From Pontiella sp. (GTDB taxonomy: Bacteria; Verrucomicrobiota; Kiritimatiellia; Kiritimatiellales; Pontiellaceae): a stretch of DNA of 64,000 nt. Below the pieces are notes generated by a model. The model searched no databases. It had not been told where the DNA came from and saw only the letters and a program-made list of their open reading frames with translations. The stretch is from positions 128,001-192,000 of the forward strand of contig JBNKHE010000008.1 of assembly GCA_050290185.1 (NCBI GenBank), in the 5' to 3' direction. The stretch's first letter is position 1; each line of letters starts with the position of its first letter. Both the position numbers and the translations under genes were made by a program. This document shows positions 29,440 to 38,828 of this stretch, piece by piece.

Positions 29440-31557
29440 TTAGCCGCCGATGATGCGGTGGGCAACGAGATGTTCGGCGAGGGATTCAATGGCGCGGGGA
29501 ACGGTGGCTTCCCTGGCGATGACATCGGGCTGGAGGCCAAGGAGTTCCAGGGCGTCGGCCGTGGGTTTACCGATCACGACGATCGATTTTCCGGCGAGGG
29601 CATCTACCCCCCATTGGCCGACCAGCGATTCCACGCCGGAGGCACTGGCAAAGAATACAGCGTCGAACGGCGGAAGCTCTTCGTATTCAACCCGCACGTT
29701 GTCATAGATGACGGAGTCCTCGACTTCTGCACCGTTTTCCCTAAGGGCAATGGCGAGATCCGGTCCGGCCTTGTCGGAGCGGACGCGCAGGATCTTTTCG
29801 CCGGGCTTGATCACTTCGCTGGCCAGTGCAATGAGCGAGTCGGCGCTGAAACCGGCTTCGGGCTGGGCATCGACGCAGATGCCGTACTCCGCGAATTCGG
29901 CGGCGGTTCCGCGACCGCAGACCATGATTCTGGGGATCCTGCGGAAATCGATCTTCTGGTAGCGGACAATTTCCATGAAGGCGCGGACGGATGACGGCGA
30001 GGTGATCGCCAGCCAGTCGAATGACGCACATTGCAACGGCACATGGTGCCTGCATTTCAATTTGATCAGAGGAAACTGCACGGGCTGACCGCCAAAATCG
30101 CGAACGAGGTCGGCGGCCTTTTGCTGGATGGCATCGGAGCAGGAGAGCAGGATCCGCTTTCCCTGCAGTGCTCCGAGATCGGTCTTGTAGGCGTAGGCGG
30201 TGGTGTCGCCCACGATGATAAGTCCGGGTTGCTTAAGGCAGTGGGTTTTCGCCTGGTCTAAAAGTGCGCCCAGCGTGGTTTTGAAAATCCGTTCGTCTTC
30301 GCCGCCAGCATTGAAGACCAGGGCGGCGGGGGTGTCGGGCGAATGGCCGTCTTCCAGCATTTGACGGGTAACGGGTTCAATGGCTTTGATCGACATGTAG
30401 TAGATGACCGGCAGTTGATCTTTCATTTTGCCGTCGCAACGTGCCAGTCCGCCGCCGTGCATTCTTGGCGTGAGCGCCACAAAACCACGAGAAACATCGC
30501 GGCGGGTCAAGAGCATGCCGGTGCCGGTGGTTGCGGCCTGCAGGGCACTGATGCCTGGAATGACACGGAAAGGGATGCCGAGTTTTTCGAGTGCTTCGGT
30601 TTCTTCGGCCAAGCGGCCGAAAATACCGGGGTCGCCGCCCTTGAGGCGCACGACCTTTTTGCTTTGCCGTGCACATTCGCAAATAAGTTTGGTGGTTTCG
30701 TGCTGTTCTTTGCTATGGGCGCCGCATCGCTTGCCGACGTCGATGGCTTCGGCGTGAGGGGGAAGTTCATCCAGCAGGCTTTTATCAATGAGCGAGTCAT
30801 AGAGGCAGGTGTCGCACTGCTGCAGCGCTCGCAGGGTGGCGATGGTGCAAAGTTCTTTGTTGCTGACGCCGGCGCCGGCAAATGTGACGGCGTGCGTGAA
30901 GAGACTGCGCAGTGCCATCATGCGTTCGTCGCCTTCGCGGAAGGTGATGGCCAGATAGCCCTGGGCTTCTGGAACTTCCAGCTCATCGAGAGGAATCCAT
31001 TCGGTTACGCGTTCTTCAAGCCCCAGTCGCACGAGGGCCGCTCCGGCCATGACCATCACATCGAAATCGCCGGCATCGACCTGGGCAATCCGTTCTTCGA
31101 TGTTGCCGCGGATGGTTTTTTGGATGCCGTGGGGGAATTTTTGGGTGCAGTAGGCTTCGCGCCGTTCGGAGCTGACGCCGATCACAGGATGGTCCGGCAA
31201 ATCGGTCACCGCGTGGTTCGGAGCGAGAATCAGTGCGTCACGCGGTTCCTCGCGCCATGGCAACCAGAACCAGTCGATCCCCTCGGGCATAGGCGCGGGC
31301 AGATCCTTGGCACTGTGAACCGCAAAGTCGACTTCGCCGCGCAGCAGGGCATCGTCGAGTTCCTTGGTGAAAAAATTCGCCGGGCTGTTGCGCAGGTCGG
31401 TGGTGCGGTCGGTATCGCCCACGGACGTGATGGGCACCGACTCGAAAACGATGTCGTCGAGCATGCGCTCGATGCGGTTAAGGGCGGCACGCGACTGGGT
31501 CAGCGCCAGGCTACTCGGTCGAGTACCCGCCTTTAAAACTTTTGGTGATCTTTTCAT
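29440..31557 (-). CDS. Trifunctional fusion: truncated hydroxymethylbilane synthase (HemC) + uroporphyrinogen-III C-methyltransferase (CobA) + uroporphyrinogen-III synthase (HemD)
   Basis: HemC: 'GTRPSSLALTQ', 'FTKELDDALLRGEVDFAVHSAKDLP', 'IRGNIEERI'. CobA: 'VVRLKGGDPGIFGRLAEE...IPGIS'. HemD: 'LQGKRILL', 'ITSPSSV', 'FASASGV', 'IGKPTADAL'. Confidence 0.88.
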   Translation of the reverse strand: MKRSPKVLKAGTRPSSLALTQSRAALNRIERMLDDIVFESVPITSVGDTDRTTDLRNSPANFFTKELDDALLRGEVDFAVHSAKDLPAPMPEGIDWFWLPWREEPRDALILAPNHAVTDLPDHPVIGVSSERREAYCTQKFPHGIQKTIRGNIEERIAQVDAGDFDVMVMAGAALVRLGLEERVTEWIPLDELEVPEAQGYLAITFREGDERMMALRSLFTHAVTFAGAGVSNKELCTIATLRALQQCDTCLYDSLIDKSLLDELPPHAEAIDVGKRCGAHSKEQHETTKLICECARQSKKVVRLKGGDPGIFGRLAEETEALEKLGIPFRVIPGISALQAATTGTGMLLTRRDVSRGFVALTPRMHGGGLARCDGKMKDQLPVIYYMSIKAIEPVTRQMLEDGHSPDTPAALVFNAGGEDERIFKTTLGALLDQAKTHCLKQPGLIIVGDTTAYAYKTDLGALQGKRILLSCSDAIQQKAADLVRDFGGQPVQFPLIKLKCRHHVPLQCASFDWLAITSPSSVRAFMEIVRYQKIDFRRIPRIMVCGRGTAAEFAEYGICVDAQPEAGFSADSLIALASEVIKPGEKILRVRSDKAGPDLAIALRENGAEVEDSVIYDNVRVEYEELPPFDAVFFASASGVESLVGQWGVDALAGKSIVVIGKPTADALELLGLQPDVIAREATVPRAIESLAEHLVAHRIIGG

Positions 31558-33007
31558 ATAGATCCTGATTGTCGGCAACGATGGCGCGGCTTTGCGCCAG
31601 GATTTCGGTCATATCAGCCAATTCGCGGCGGTACCAGTATTTGAGTCCGTCCAGGTCAACCACGGTAACATCGGACGAGAGGTCGTCCAGTTCGGGGTCG
31701 ACATTGCGCGGCATGCCAAGGTCGATCACGGTTACCGGGCGTTCCTGATTGAAGAAGGGCTCATGCCCGAGGTGCAAAAGATGGCCCGGAGCATCCGCGG
31801 CACTGACGATAACGTCGGCATCCGTTATCTGGTTTTTCATGTCGTTAAAGGTGCAGAGTTCCACTTTTCCATTCCAGTCTGCGGGGACGTCGGGCCGGTT
31901 TACATGATAGCACCAGACAATCCGACCCACCTTGGGCAGCGCATCCTTGACGAGGCCCTTGCCGACCATGCCGGCTCCCAGCACCATCAGGGTGGTATTT
32001 TCGTGGATCTTGCCCTCGGCTTCAAGATAGCGCAGGGAGAGGTCTTCGATTTCGTAGCTGTGCAGCAGCGGAGCAACTTTGTTCTTGATGGCTTTTGATA
32101 TGTACAGCGCCGTGGAGATCCACTCCTGAATCATATTGCTCGACCAGCCCCGCCCTTTGGATTGCTCGAGTGCTTCTTTCATTTGGGCTGTAATGTGGTT
32201 TTCGCCGGGGGTTTGCGAAAGCATGCCGGCCGTAACCAGGCAGAGGTGTTCGTAGGCGGCCTTGCCGGTTTTGAGGTAGTATTTGTCTTCCTTCAGGTTC
32301 GTAAAGCCCATGACGTGGCGCAGAATGCCGTTTTGCATGGTTTCTTCGGAGACCACCGCGATGACCTCGACGCGGTTGCAGGTGTTGAGAATCATGAATT
32401 CGTGAATGCCCCAAAGCTGCATGATCATGAAGCCGGCTCGTTCCAGGCGGTGTCCCGTAAGGTGAAAGGGTTCGCGCTCTTCGACGGTGAGGTGGTTGTG
32501 TGAGGTTCCCACAATGACGAGATGGGCCGATTCCATCATCTTCAGATGGCGCGACAGGCTGTTCTTGACCATCTTGGACTGACGACAGTCGTTGCCGCCG
32601 GAGGAGACGGAGACGGTCAGCTGGTTATGTCGGGTAATCGCCGGAGTGCTGAAATCGCTGTCGGCCCAGTTTCCGTCCACGCAGCAGCAAAGAACATGCT
32701 GTTCGCGGCAACATTCGAGTACATGGCGATTGACTCCGCGGCTATTGGTGGCTGCGTATACGAGTATTGCACCCTCGATATCGTGGTCCTCGAAGCGGCG
32801 GACCGTGTGGGTGACAAGACCCTGTTCGATCAATGTGCCGAGCTCGTCGCAGACGTCGGGACTGACCACGGCCACCTGTGCGCCCGCTTTTTGCAGTAGC
32901 TGAATCTTGCGCAGGGCGACTTTTCCGCCACCGACGACCAGGCAGGGGCGCCCTGCCAGAAACAGGTTGATGGGAATGCCATTATAGATTGGTTTTTCTT
33001 CGCTCAT
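31511..33007 (-). CDS. Fusion of precorrin-2 dehydrogenase (SirC/Met8/CysG-B-like) and glutamyl-tRNA reductase (HemA)
   Basis: N-term: 'CLVVGGGKVALRK', 'AATN', 'DFSTPA...VSVSSGG'. C-term: 'GTSH...REPF', catalytic 'TCNRVE', 'LGAGMVG', 'IDLGMPRNVDP', 'DLDGLK'. Confidence 0.88.
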   Translation of the reverse strand: MSEEKPIYNGIPINLFLAGRPCLVVGGGKVALRKIQLLQKAGAQVAVVSPDVCDELGTLIEQGLVTHTVRRFEDHDIEGAILVYAATNSRGVNRHVLECCREQHVLCCCVDGNWADSDFSTPAITRHNQLTVSVSSGGNDCRQSKMVKNSLSRHLKMMESAHLVIVGTSHNHLTVEEREPFHLTGHRLERAGFMIMQLWGIHEFMILNTCNRVEVIAVVSEETMQNGILRHVMGFTNLKEDKYYLKTGKAAYEHLCLVTAGMLSQTPGENHITAQMKEALEQSKGRGWSSNMIQEWISTALYISKAIKNKVAPLLHSYEIEDLSLRYLEAEGKIHENTTLMVLGAGMVGKGLVKDALPKVGRIVWCYHVNRPDVPADWNGKVELCTFNDMKNQITDADVIVSAADAPGHLLHLGHEPFFNQERPVTVIDLGMPRNVDPELDDLSSDVTVVDLDGLKYWYRRELADMTEILAQSRAIVADNQDLYEKITKSFKGGYSTE

Positions 33008-33445
33008 AGTCCAGTCGTTTGTTGGAAAGTAGACCAAAGCCAAAACGCTTTGGCTAGGTCTCATTTCTTAATAGACAGAAAGGCGAGAACGATAGTGTTC
33101 CCGTACAGGGGTGTAAAGCGGCGAACACCGCAAAACCTTTCGTTTTGATAGAAGTCAAGGTTGGCTCGAACATACGTGCCCCGTTCTCTAGATCTCGCGG
33201 TTAGCATTGGAACGAATAAAATGGTGAAAATGGGATCAAAACAGTAATAAAATATTGTAAGTAGTTTGTGGGCAATAATATGAGTATTTTATGTTAGACG
33301 AAATCCTATTTTGGGGAGGTGCCGGTTTCGTCCTTGAAATGTGGTTTTGCATGCATAGGGTGCGGCATTGGAAGAACTGCGTCTTTCAACTGGAGAGGGT
33401 GATATCGACCCTGCTTCAGCCGCGGAACCCAAATGAAGGGAATAC

Positions 33446-34252
33446 ATGAACGCAACAAGATCAAAACAAAAGATGACGGGCTCGCATCGGGCCGTACTCA
33501 CAGGAGCAATGATTCTGTTCTTGATCGGGACAAACACCAGCTTTGCATATGACCGCTACAATGATGGGTGTGTTGATTGCCACGGTGCATTTAACGATTC
33601 GACTACCACAAAAGGATCCACTTTCGCCCTTGGGAATAAACACGACATGCACCGCTATACGATGGGTACGGATTGTGATCTATGCCATCTGAGTGGGGAT
33701 CAAAAAAATCCATACATGTGGAAGTCGAATGGTACGGCTAACAATTCCGGATTAGGGTGCACGGGATGCCACGTGGGCAATGGTTTGCGCGCGCATCACG
33801 ATGCAAATGGAGTGGTGGAATGTTATGATTGCCATGATCCCGCTGCATCGTCCGCAGAGAACGTTGATCCACCCTATTATGGAACGGTGGATACGTTCGC
33901 GAACAATGCGTGCAACGATATTTTGGCATCGAACACCAACGAAAACTGGACGGTTGGTGATTTTCTTGGGTTAGACAACGATGGCGATGGCCTTTACGAC
34001 TTGGCGGATTATTCCTGCGGTCCATTGCGGTTGGTGGAAATTGTTCCCGAGGGCAACAACATACGTGTCCGCTGGGAAACAGCCGGTGGCCGCGCGGAGC
34101 GAATTCAGGCAACGTCGGTCCTTACCAATGGGTTTTCGAATATTGGGACAACCGTTACGATTCCTGGCGTTGGCATCGTGACCCAGGAAGTGGTTGAGGT
34201 AAGCGGTGCTGTAGACCCGGTGCGCTTCTATCGGATTCGTTCTATACCCTGA
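33446..34252 (+). CDS. Secreted tetraheme c-type cytochrome with C-terminal FYR domain
   Basis: Signal peptide; CVDCH, CDLCH, CTGCH, CYDCH; then LDNDGDG and a beta-rich tail ending RFYRIRSIP. Confidence 0.85.
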   Translation: MNATRSKQKMTGSHRAVLTGAMILFLIGTNTSFAYDRYNDGCVDCHGAFNDSTTTKGSTFALGNKHDMHRYTMGTDCDLCHLSGDQKNPYMWKSNGTANNSGLGCTGCHVGNGLRAHHDANGVVECYDCHDPAASSAENVDPPYYGTVDTFANNACNDILASNTNENWTVGDFLGLDNDGDGLYDLADYSCGPLRLVEIVPEGNNIRVRWETAGGRAERIQATSVLTNGFSNIGTTVTIPGVGIVTQEVVEVSGAVDPVRFYRIRSIP

Positions 34253-34275
34253 TCACCGACATAGCCCGGAGATTG

Positions 34276-34317
34276 AAAGCGCCGTTGCGGTAGGCATGAC
34301 CGTAGCGGCGTTTTTTT
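34276..34317 (+). terminator. Intrinsic terminator
   Basis: GCGCCGTTGCGGT-AGGCATG-ACCGTAGCGGCGT followed by a T-run. Confidence 0.7.
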
Positions 34318-34334
34318 CTTTTCCGGCAAAAAAG

Positions 34335-34600
34335 CAAATTGGCATCCACCGAGGCATCCTGAAGCAGGACGTCGTATTGGTAGCCATATCTCCAAAATCA
34401 AGATCGGGTGTGAGGGTGCCGGGGGCGGCATACCATGCGGATTCGCCATCAAGGGCGATTTGGACACAGGTGTAACCGCCACTGTCTACCTTTTCCACCA
34501 CGGTTCCAACGGATCCGGGCATCGGTTCCGCCCATGCCGTTCCAGGGAAAAGCAGCAGGGACGCAAAAAGAGACGGGATGATTCGTTTCGTTGCAGACAT
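34335..34600 (-). pseudogene. Degenerate paralog of the OB-fold periplasmic protein at 43916-44416
   Basis: GTVVEKVDSGGYTCVQIAL..WYAAP matches GTVVSTEDSGSYTYVQLAI..WYAVP. It then jumps to GTLTPDLDFG and continues YGYQYDVLLQDASV only after a 2-nt (GA) frameshift. Confidence 0.7.
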
Positions 34601-34680
34601 GGCGGTTTCCTTTTTCCTTCAGGGATTAAAAGTCCTACAGCATGCAGGTCCTGAAAAGCTTGAAGTCAAGGCCGGTTTCG

Positions 34681-34765
34681 GAAGTCACGCATGCTTCTCC
34701 GAGGCCTACTTACCGTTGGATTTCTTGTGCTTCTTGCGGCCGATCTGGCTTTCCTCGGGGGAGAG
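34681..34765. repeat. Direct repeat copy 1 (duplicated 3' end of the cytochrome c/b gene)
   Basis: 85 bp with 6 mismatches to 38829-38913; minus strand encodes LSPEESQIGRKKHKKSNGK*. Confidence 0.9.
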
Positions 34766-35100
34766 ACGTTCACGATCTGGCCTCGTTTCATTGGGTCTTC
34801 CGTTGTGTTGCTGGTTTTATCAGTTAGACCAACTCTCTATAAACATGAGAAAAGTATGCTTTAAACGAAAAGATATAGGTGGAAATACATGAAGGTACTG
34901 TAACAAGAAATCAAAATAATATAAATGTATGTAAAATAAAAACTTACGCAATACTGATGGTAGATGTTGCGCTTTTATTGTGTGTGAGACCGTTGGGGTA
35001 CGCACCGTTGGAAAGCGCTTTTCCGCCGCTCTTCGCATTTGTTTTTTCGGTTGTCGAGGTGGTGGCTGTAGAGAAATAAACCAAATACAAGGAGGTAAAA

Positions 35101-38100
35101 GTGAGATTCAAAAGCACCAATGGTATATGTGCGGCTTTGTGCGCACTGGTCTGCTTGGCCGCAGTTCCGGCCCTGGCCCAGTCCAATCACACTGCAAAGG
35201 TGGATTTTACCAAAATTGACCCCAATGCCGAATTCAAAGAAGGGCGGTTATTGGTGCGTTTCAGGCCAGGCAATGAAAAAGCCAGAGCCACACGCCAGAA
35301 CAAAATGGCTGCGTTAGGCGGAAACATCAGTAAACAGTTTAAGTCGTTTCCTGATCTATGCGTTGTTGAATTGAATCCCGGTATGAATGTTAAAGCGGCG
35401 CTGAAATCGTTTAACGGGAGCTCCGAAGTTCTTTATGCCCAGCCTGATTATGCTTGTCAGGCATGCAACATTCCCAATGACCCGTTGCTCTCGTACCTGT
35501 GGGGCATGGACAATACCGGCCAAACCGGAGGCACACCCGACGCCGATATCGATGCACCGGAGGCCTGGGATATGTCCACCGGGGACGGCAGCGTCGTAGT
35601 GGCCGTCATTGACACAGGAGTGGACTACACCCATCCGGATTTGGATGACAATATGTGGGTCAACAGCGGTGAAATAGCCGATAACGGAGTGGACGACGAC
35701 GGCAACGGCTACATAGATGACGTATACGGCTATGATTTCCGCAATGGCGACGCCGATCCAATGGACGACAATTCCTACTACGGAATTTACCATGGCACTC
35801 ATTGTGCAGGCACTGTTGGTGCCGAAGGCAACAACGGCGAGGGCGTGGCCGGTGTTTGCTGGGATGTACGTATCATGGCTCTCAAATTTTTGAATTGGCA
35901 AGGAAGTGGTTGGAACTCCGACGCAATAGATTGTATCGACTATGCCATACAGAATGGAGCTAATGTGATAAGCGCCTCCTGGGGGGGGGGAGGATACAGC
36001 CAGGCGTTGAAAGACGCCATTGACGACGCAGGTGCGAACGGCATTGTGTTCGTCGTAGCCGCGGGCAACTCTTCTTTGAACGCCGATAGCATCCCGTTCT
36101 ATCCTGCCTGCTATGACTCAGACAACATCATTTCCGTGATTAGCACCGACGACAACGATGCCCTGTCGTCGTTCTCCAACTATGGATTGCTCTCCACCGA
36201 TTTGGGGGCGCCGGGAAGCGACATTTACAGTTGCGAGCCTGGTGGAGGATATCATTATCTCGATGGGACATCGATGGCAGCCCCCTGTGTTGCGGGGGCT
36301 TGTGCACTGTTGCTTTCCGTCAACCCCGACCTTTCCGTCGCTGAAATCAAACAGACTCTGATGGACACGGTTGATCCGACATTGACAGGCGTATGTGCCT
36401 CGGGCGGCCGACTCAACCTCGCCAGCGCAGTTGCTTTGAGTTCATTCAGCTACACCGTCAATCCGAACTACACCATCACCATCACCCAATACAACGGCGT
36501 TGGCGGCAACGTGGTCATTCCCAGCGAGATTGGTGGCCGTCCCGTGACCACCATTGGCGTTGGCGCGTTCGCAGATTGTTCCGGTCTGACGAGTGTGGAT
36601 ATCCCCGGCTCCGTTACGACCATTGACGATGGCGCGTTCGCTGGTTGTTCCGGTCTGATAGGCGTGGGCATACCCAGCTCTGTTACGACCATTGGCGATG
36701 GGGTGTTCTCAGGTTGTTCCGGTCTGACAAGCGTGGGCATACCCTACACTGTTACGAGCCTTGGCGATGGGGTGTTCGCAGGTTGTTCCGGTCTGACGAG
36801 CGTGGGTATACTCGGCCCCGTTACAACCATTGGCGACGGGACGTTCGCAGGTTGTTCCGGTCTGACGAGCGTGTATATGCCCGGTACCGTTACGAGCATT
36901 GGCTATGGGGCGTTCTCAGGTTGTTCTGCTCTGACGAGCGTGGATATTCCCGATGCCGTTACAACCCTTGGCAATGGGGCGTTCGCGGGTTGTTCTGCTC
37001 TGACGAGCGTGGTTATACCTGATAATGTTACCGTTATCGGTGATCAGGCGTTTGCTGGTTGTTCCGGTCTGACGAGTGTGGATATACCCGACGGTGTCAC
37101 TACCATTGGCAGCGCTGCGTTCGGAAGTTGTTCTAGCCTGTCCGACATACTGATCGGTAGTGGGGTTGCCTCCATTGGTGATTATGCGTTCGCAGGTTGT
37201 TCCAGTCTGACGAATGCGGTATTTTCTGGAGATGCGCCTTCGTTGGGTTCGAACGTCTTTATCAGTGATAACTCCTGTACGGTTTACTATTATGCAGGTA
37301 CGTCGGGCTGGGGGACCACGTTCGGTGGGCGTCCGACGGTTCAGTGGGCTAATCCCTCCCACTTCAATTATACCGTAGATTCGGGCAGCACCATTACCAT
37401 CACCGGGTACACTGGTTCCGGAGGTCATGTGGTTATTCCCGGGTATATTGAAGGACTGCCCGTGAGCACCATTGGCGGTGGGGCGTTCTTTCAGTGTAGC
37501 AACCTGACGAGCGTGAACATACCCGGCAGTGTCACCATCATTGGCGGTGGGGCGTTCGCAAATTGTCCCAATCTAGCGAGCGTGGATATACCCAACAGCG
37601 TCACCTCCATTGGTGATGCGGCATTCGCAGGTGGTTCCAGTCTAACGAGCGTGCATATACCCGACGGCGTTACCGCTATTGCCGGTTCGACGTTCGTAGC
37701 TTGTTCCAGCCTGACGAGCGCGGATATTCCCGACAGTGTCACCACCATTGGTGATTATGCGTTCGCCGGTTGTTCCAGCCTGCACGACATAAATATCGGC
37801 AGTGGGGTTAACTCCATTGGTGATTATGGGTTCGCAAGTTGTTCCTCCCTGACGGCTGCGGTATTTTTGGGACATGAGCCTTCATCGGGTTCGAACGCCT
37901 TTATCGGTGCTAACTCCTGTACGGTTTACTATTATGCAGGTGCGTCGGGCTGGGGGGCCACGTTCGCTGGGCGTCCGACGGTGCCGTTGGATAATCCCTC
38001 TCTGTTCAACTACACAACAAACACGGACAACACCATTACCATCACCGGGTACATCGGTTCCGGAGGTGATGTGGTCATTTCCAGGTACATTGACGGCCTG

Positions 38101-38637
38101 CCCGTGAGCACCATTGGCGGTGGGGCGTTCTTTCAGTGTAGCAACCTGACGAGCGCGAACATACCCGGCAGTGTCACCATCATTGGCGCTGGAGCGTTTG
38201 CAAATTGTCCCAATCTAGCGAGCGTGGATGTGCCCAACAGCGTCACCTCCATTGGCAGCGCGGCGTTCGCAGGTTGTGGCAGTCTAATGAGCGTGCATAT
38301 ACCCGATGGCGTCACCGCCATTGCCGGTTCGACGTTCGTAGCTTGTTCCAGCCTGACGAGCGCGGATATTCCCGACAGTGTCACCACCATTGGTGATTAC
38401 GCGTTCGCAGGTTGTTCCAGCCTGCCCGACATAATGATCGGCAGTGGGGTTAACTCCATTGGTGATTATGGGTTCGCAAGTTGTTCCTCCCTGACGGGTG
38501 CGGAATTTTTTGGGGATGCACCTGCATTGGGAGGTTCGAATGTCTTTATCGGGGCTAACTCCTGTACGGTTTACTATCATGCAGGTACGTCGGGCTGGGG
38601 GCCCGTATACGGTGGCCGTCCGACGCAAGAGCTTTAG
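35101..38637 (+). CDS. Secreted S8 serine peptidase with three BspA-type (LRR_5) repeat blocks
   Basis: RBS AAGGAGG + GTG; propeptide; 'VAVIDTG', 'HGTHCAG', 'AAGN', 'GTSMAAP'; many 'LTSVxIPxSVTTIGxxAFxxC' repeats. Confidence 0.93.
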   Translation: MRFKSTNGICAALCALVCLAAVPALAQSNHTAKVDFTKIDPNAEFKEGRLLVRFRPGNEKARATRQNKMAALGGNISKQFKSFPDLCVVELNPGMNVKAALKSFNGSSEVLYAQPDYACQACNIPNDPLLSYLWGMDNTGQTGGTPDADIDAPEAWDMSTGDGSVVVAVIDTGVDYTHPDLDDNMWVNSGEIADNGVDDDGNGYIDDVYGYDFRNGDADPMDDNSYYGIYHGTHCAGTVGAEGNNGEGVAGVCWDVRIMALKFLNWQGSGWNSDAIDCIDYAIQNGANVISASWGGGGYSQALKDAIDDAGANGIVFVVAAGNSSLNADSIPFYPACYDSDNIISVISTDDNDALSSFSNYGLLSTDLGAPGSDIYSCEPGGGYHYLDGTSMAAPCVAGACALLLSVNPDLSVAEIKQTLMDTVDPTLTGVCASGGRLNLASAVALSSFSYTVNPNYTITITQYNGVGGNVVIPSEIGGRPVTTIGVGAFADCSGLTSVDIPGSVTTIDDGAFAGCSGLIGVGIPSSVTTIGDGVFSGCSGLTSVGIPYTVTSLGDGVFAGCSGLTSVGILGPVTTIGDGTFAGCSGLTSVYMPGTVTSIGYGAFSGCSALTSVDIPDAVTTLGNGAFAGCSALTSVVIPDNVTVIGDQAFAGCSGLTSVDIPDGVTTIGSAAFGSCSSLSDILIGSGVASIGDYAFAGCSSLTNAVFSGDAPSLGSNVFISDNSCTVYYYAGTSGWGTTFGGRPTVQWANPSHFNYTVDSGSTITITGYTGSGGHVVIPGYIEGLPVSTIGGGAFFQCSNLTSVNIPGSVTIIGGGAFANCPNLASVDIPNSVTSIGDAAFAGGSSLTSVHIPDGVTAIAGSTFVACSSLTSADIPDSVTTIGDYAFAGCSSLHDINIGSGVNSIGDYGFASCSSLTAAVFLGHEPSSGSNAFIGANSCTVYYYAGASGWGATFAGRPTVPLDNPSLFNYTTNTDNTITITGYIGSGGDVVISRYIDGLPVSTIGGGAFFQCSNLTSANIPGSVTIIGAGAFANCPNLASVDVPNSVTSIGSAAFAGCGSLMSVHIPDGVTAIAGSTFVACSSLTSADIPDSVTTIGDYAFAGCSSLPDIMIGSGVNSIGDYGFASCSSLTGAEFFGDAPALGGSNVFIGANSCTVYYHAGTSGWGPVYGGRPTQEL

Positions 38638-38677
38638 TCATCCGGAGGCCTCCCTGGTGGAGGCCTGTTAGGCTGTT

Positions 38678-38711
38678 GATAAACCCCGTCGTTCGACGGG
38701 GTTTATCTTTT
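38678..38711. terminator. Intrinsic terminator
   Basis: GATAAACCCCGTCG-TT-CGACGGGGTTTATC-TTTT. Confidence 0.8.
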
Positions 38712-38828
38712 CCCGGATGGATGCAGTCTGTCACCGCCGGTCGGTTTTCCGAAGTGATGTAACCCGAGTGTACTGGGCTCCCGTCCGCGGATCACTCTTC
38801 CTCTGCCAGCGGGAACATTGATGGAGTC

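Noticed and set aside
36540..38500. Regularly spaced ~69-nt repeats as a CRISPR array
   Set aside because: They are in-frame 23-aa LRR_5 coding repeats with codon-level variation; no unique spacers and no cas genes.
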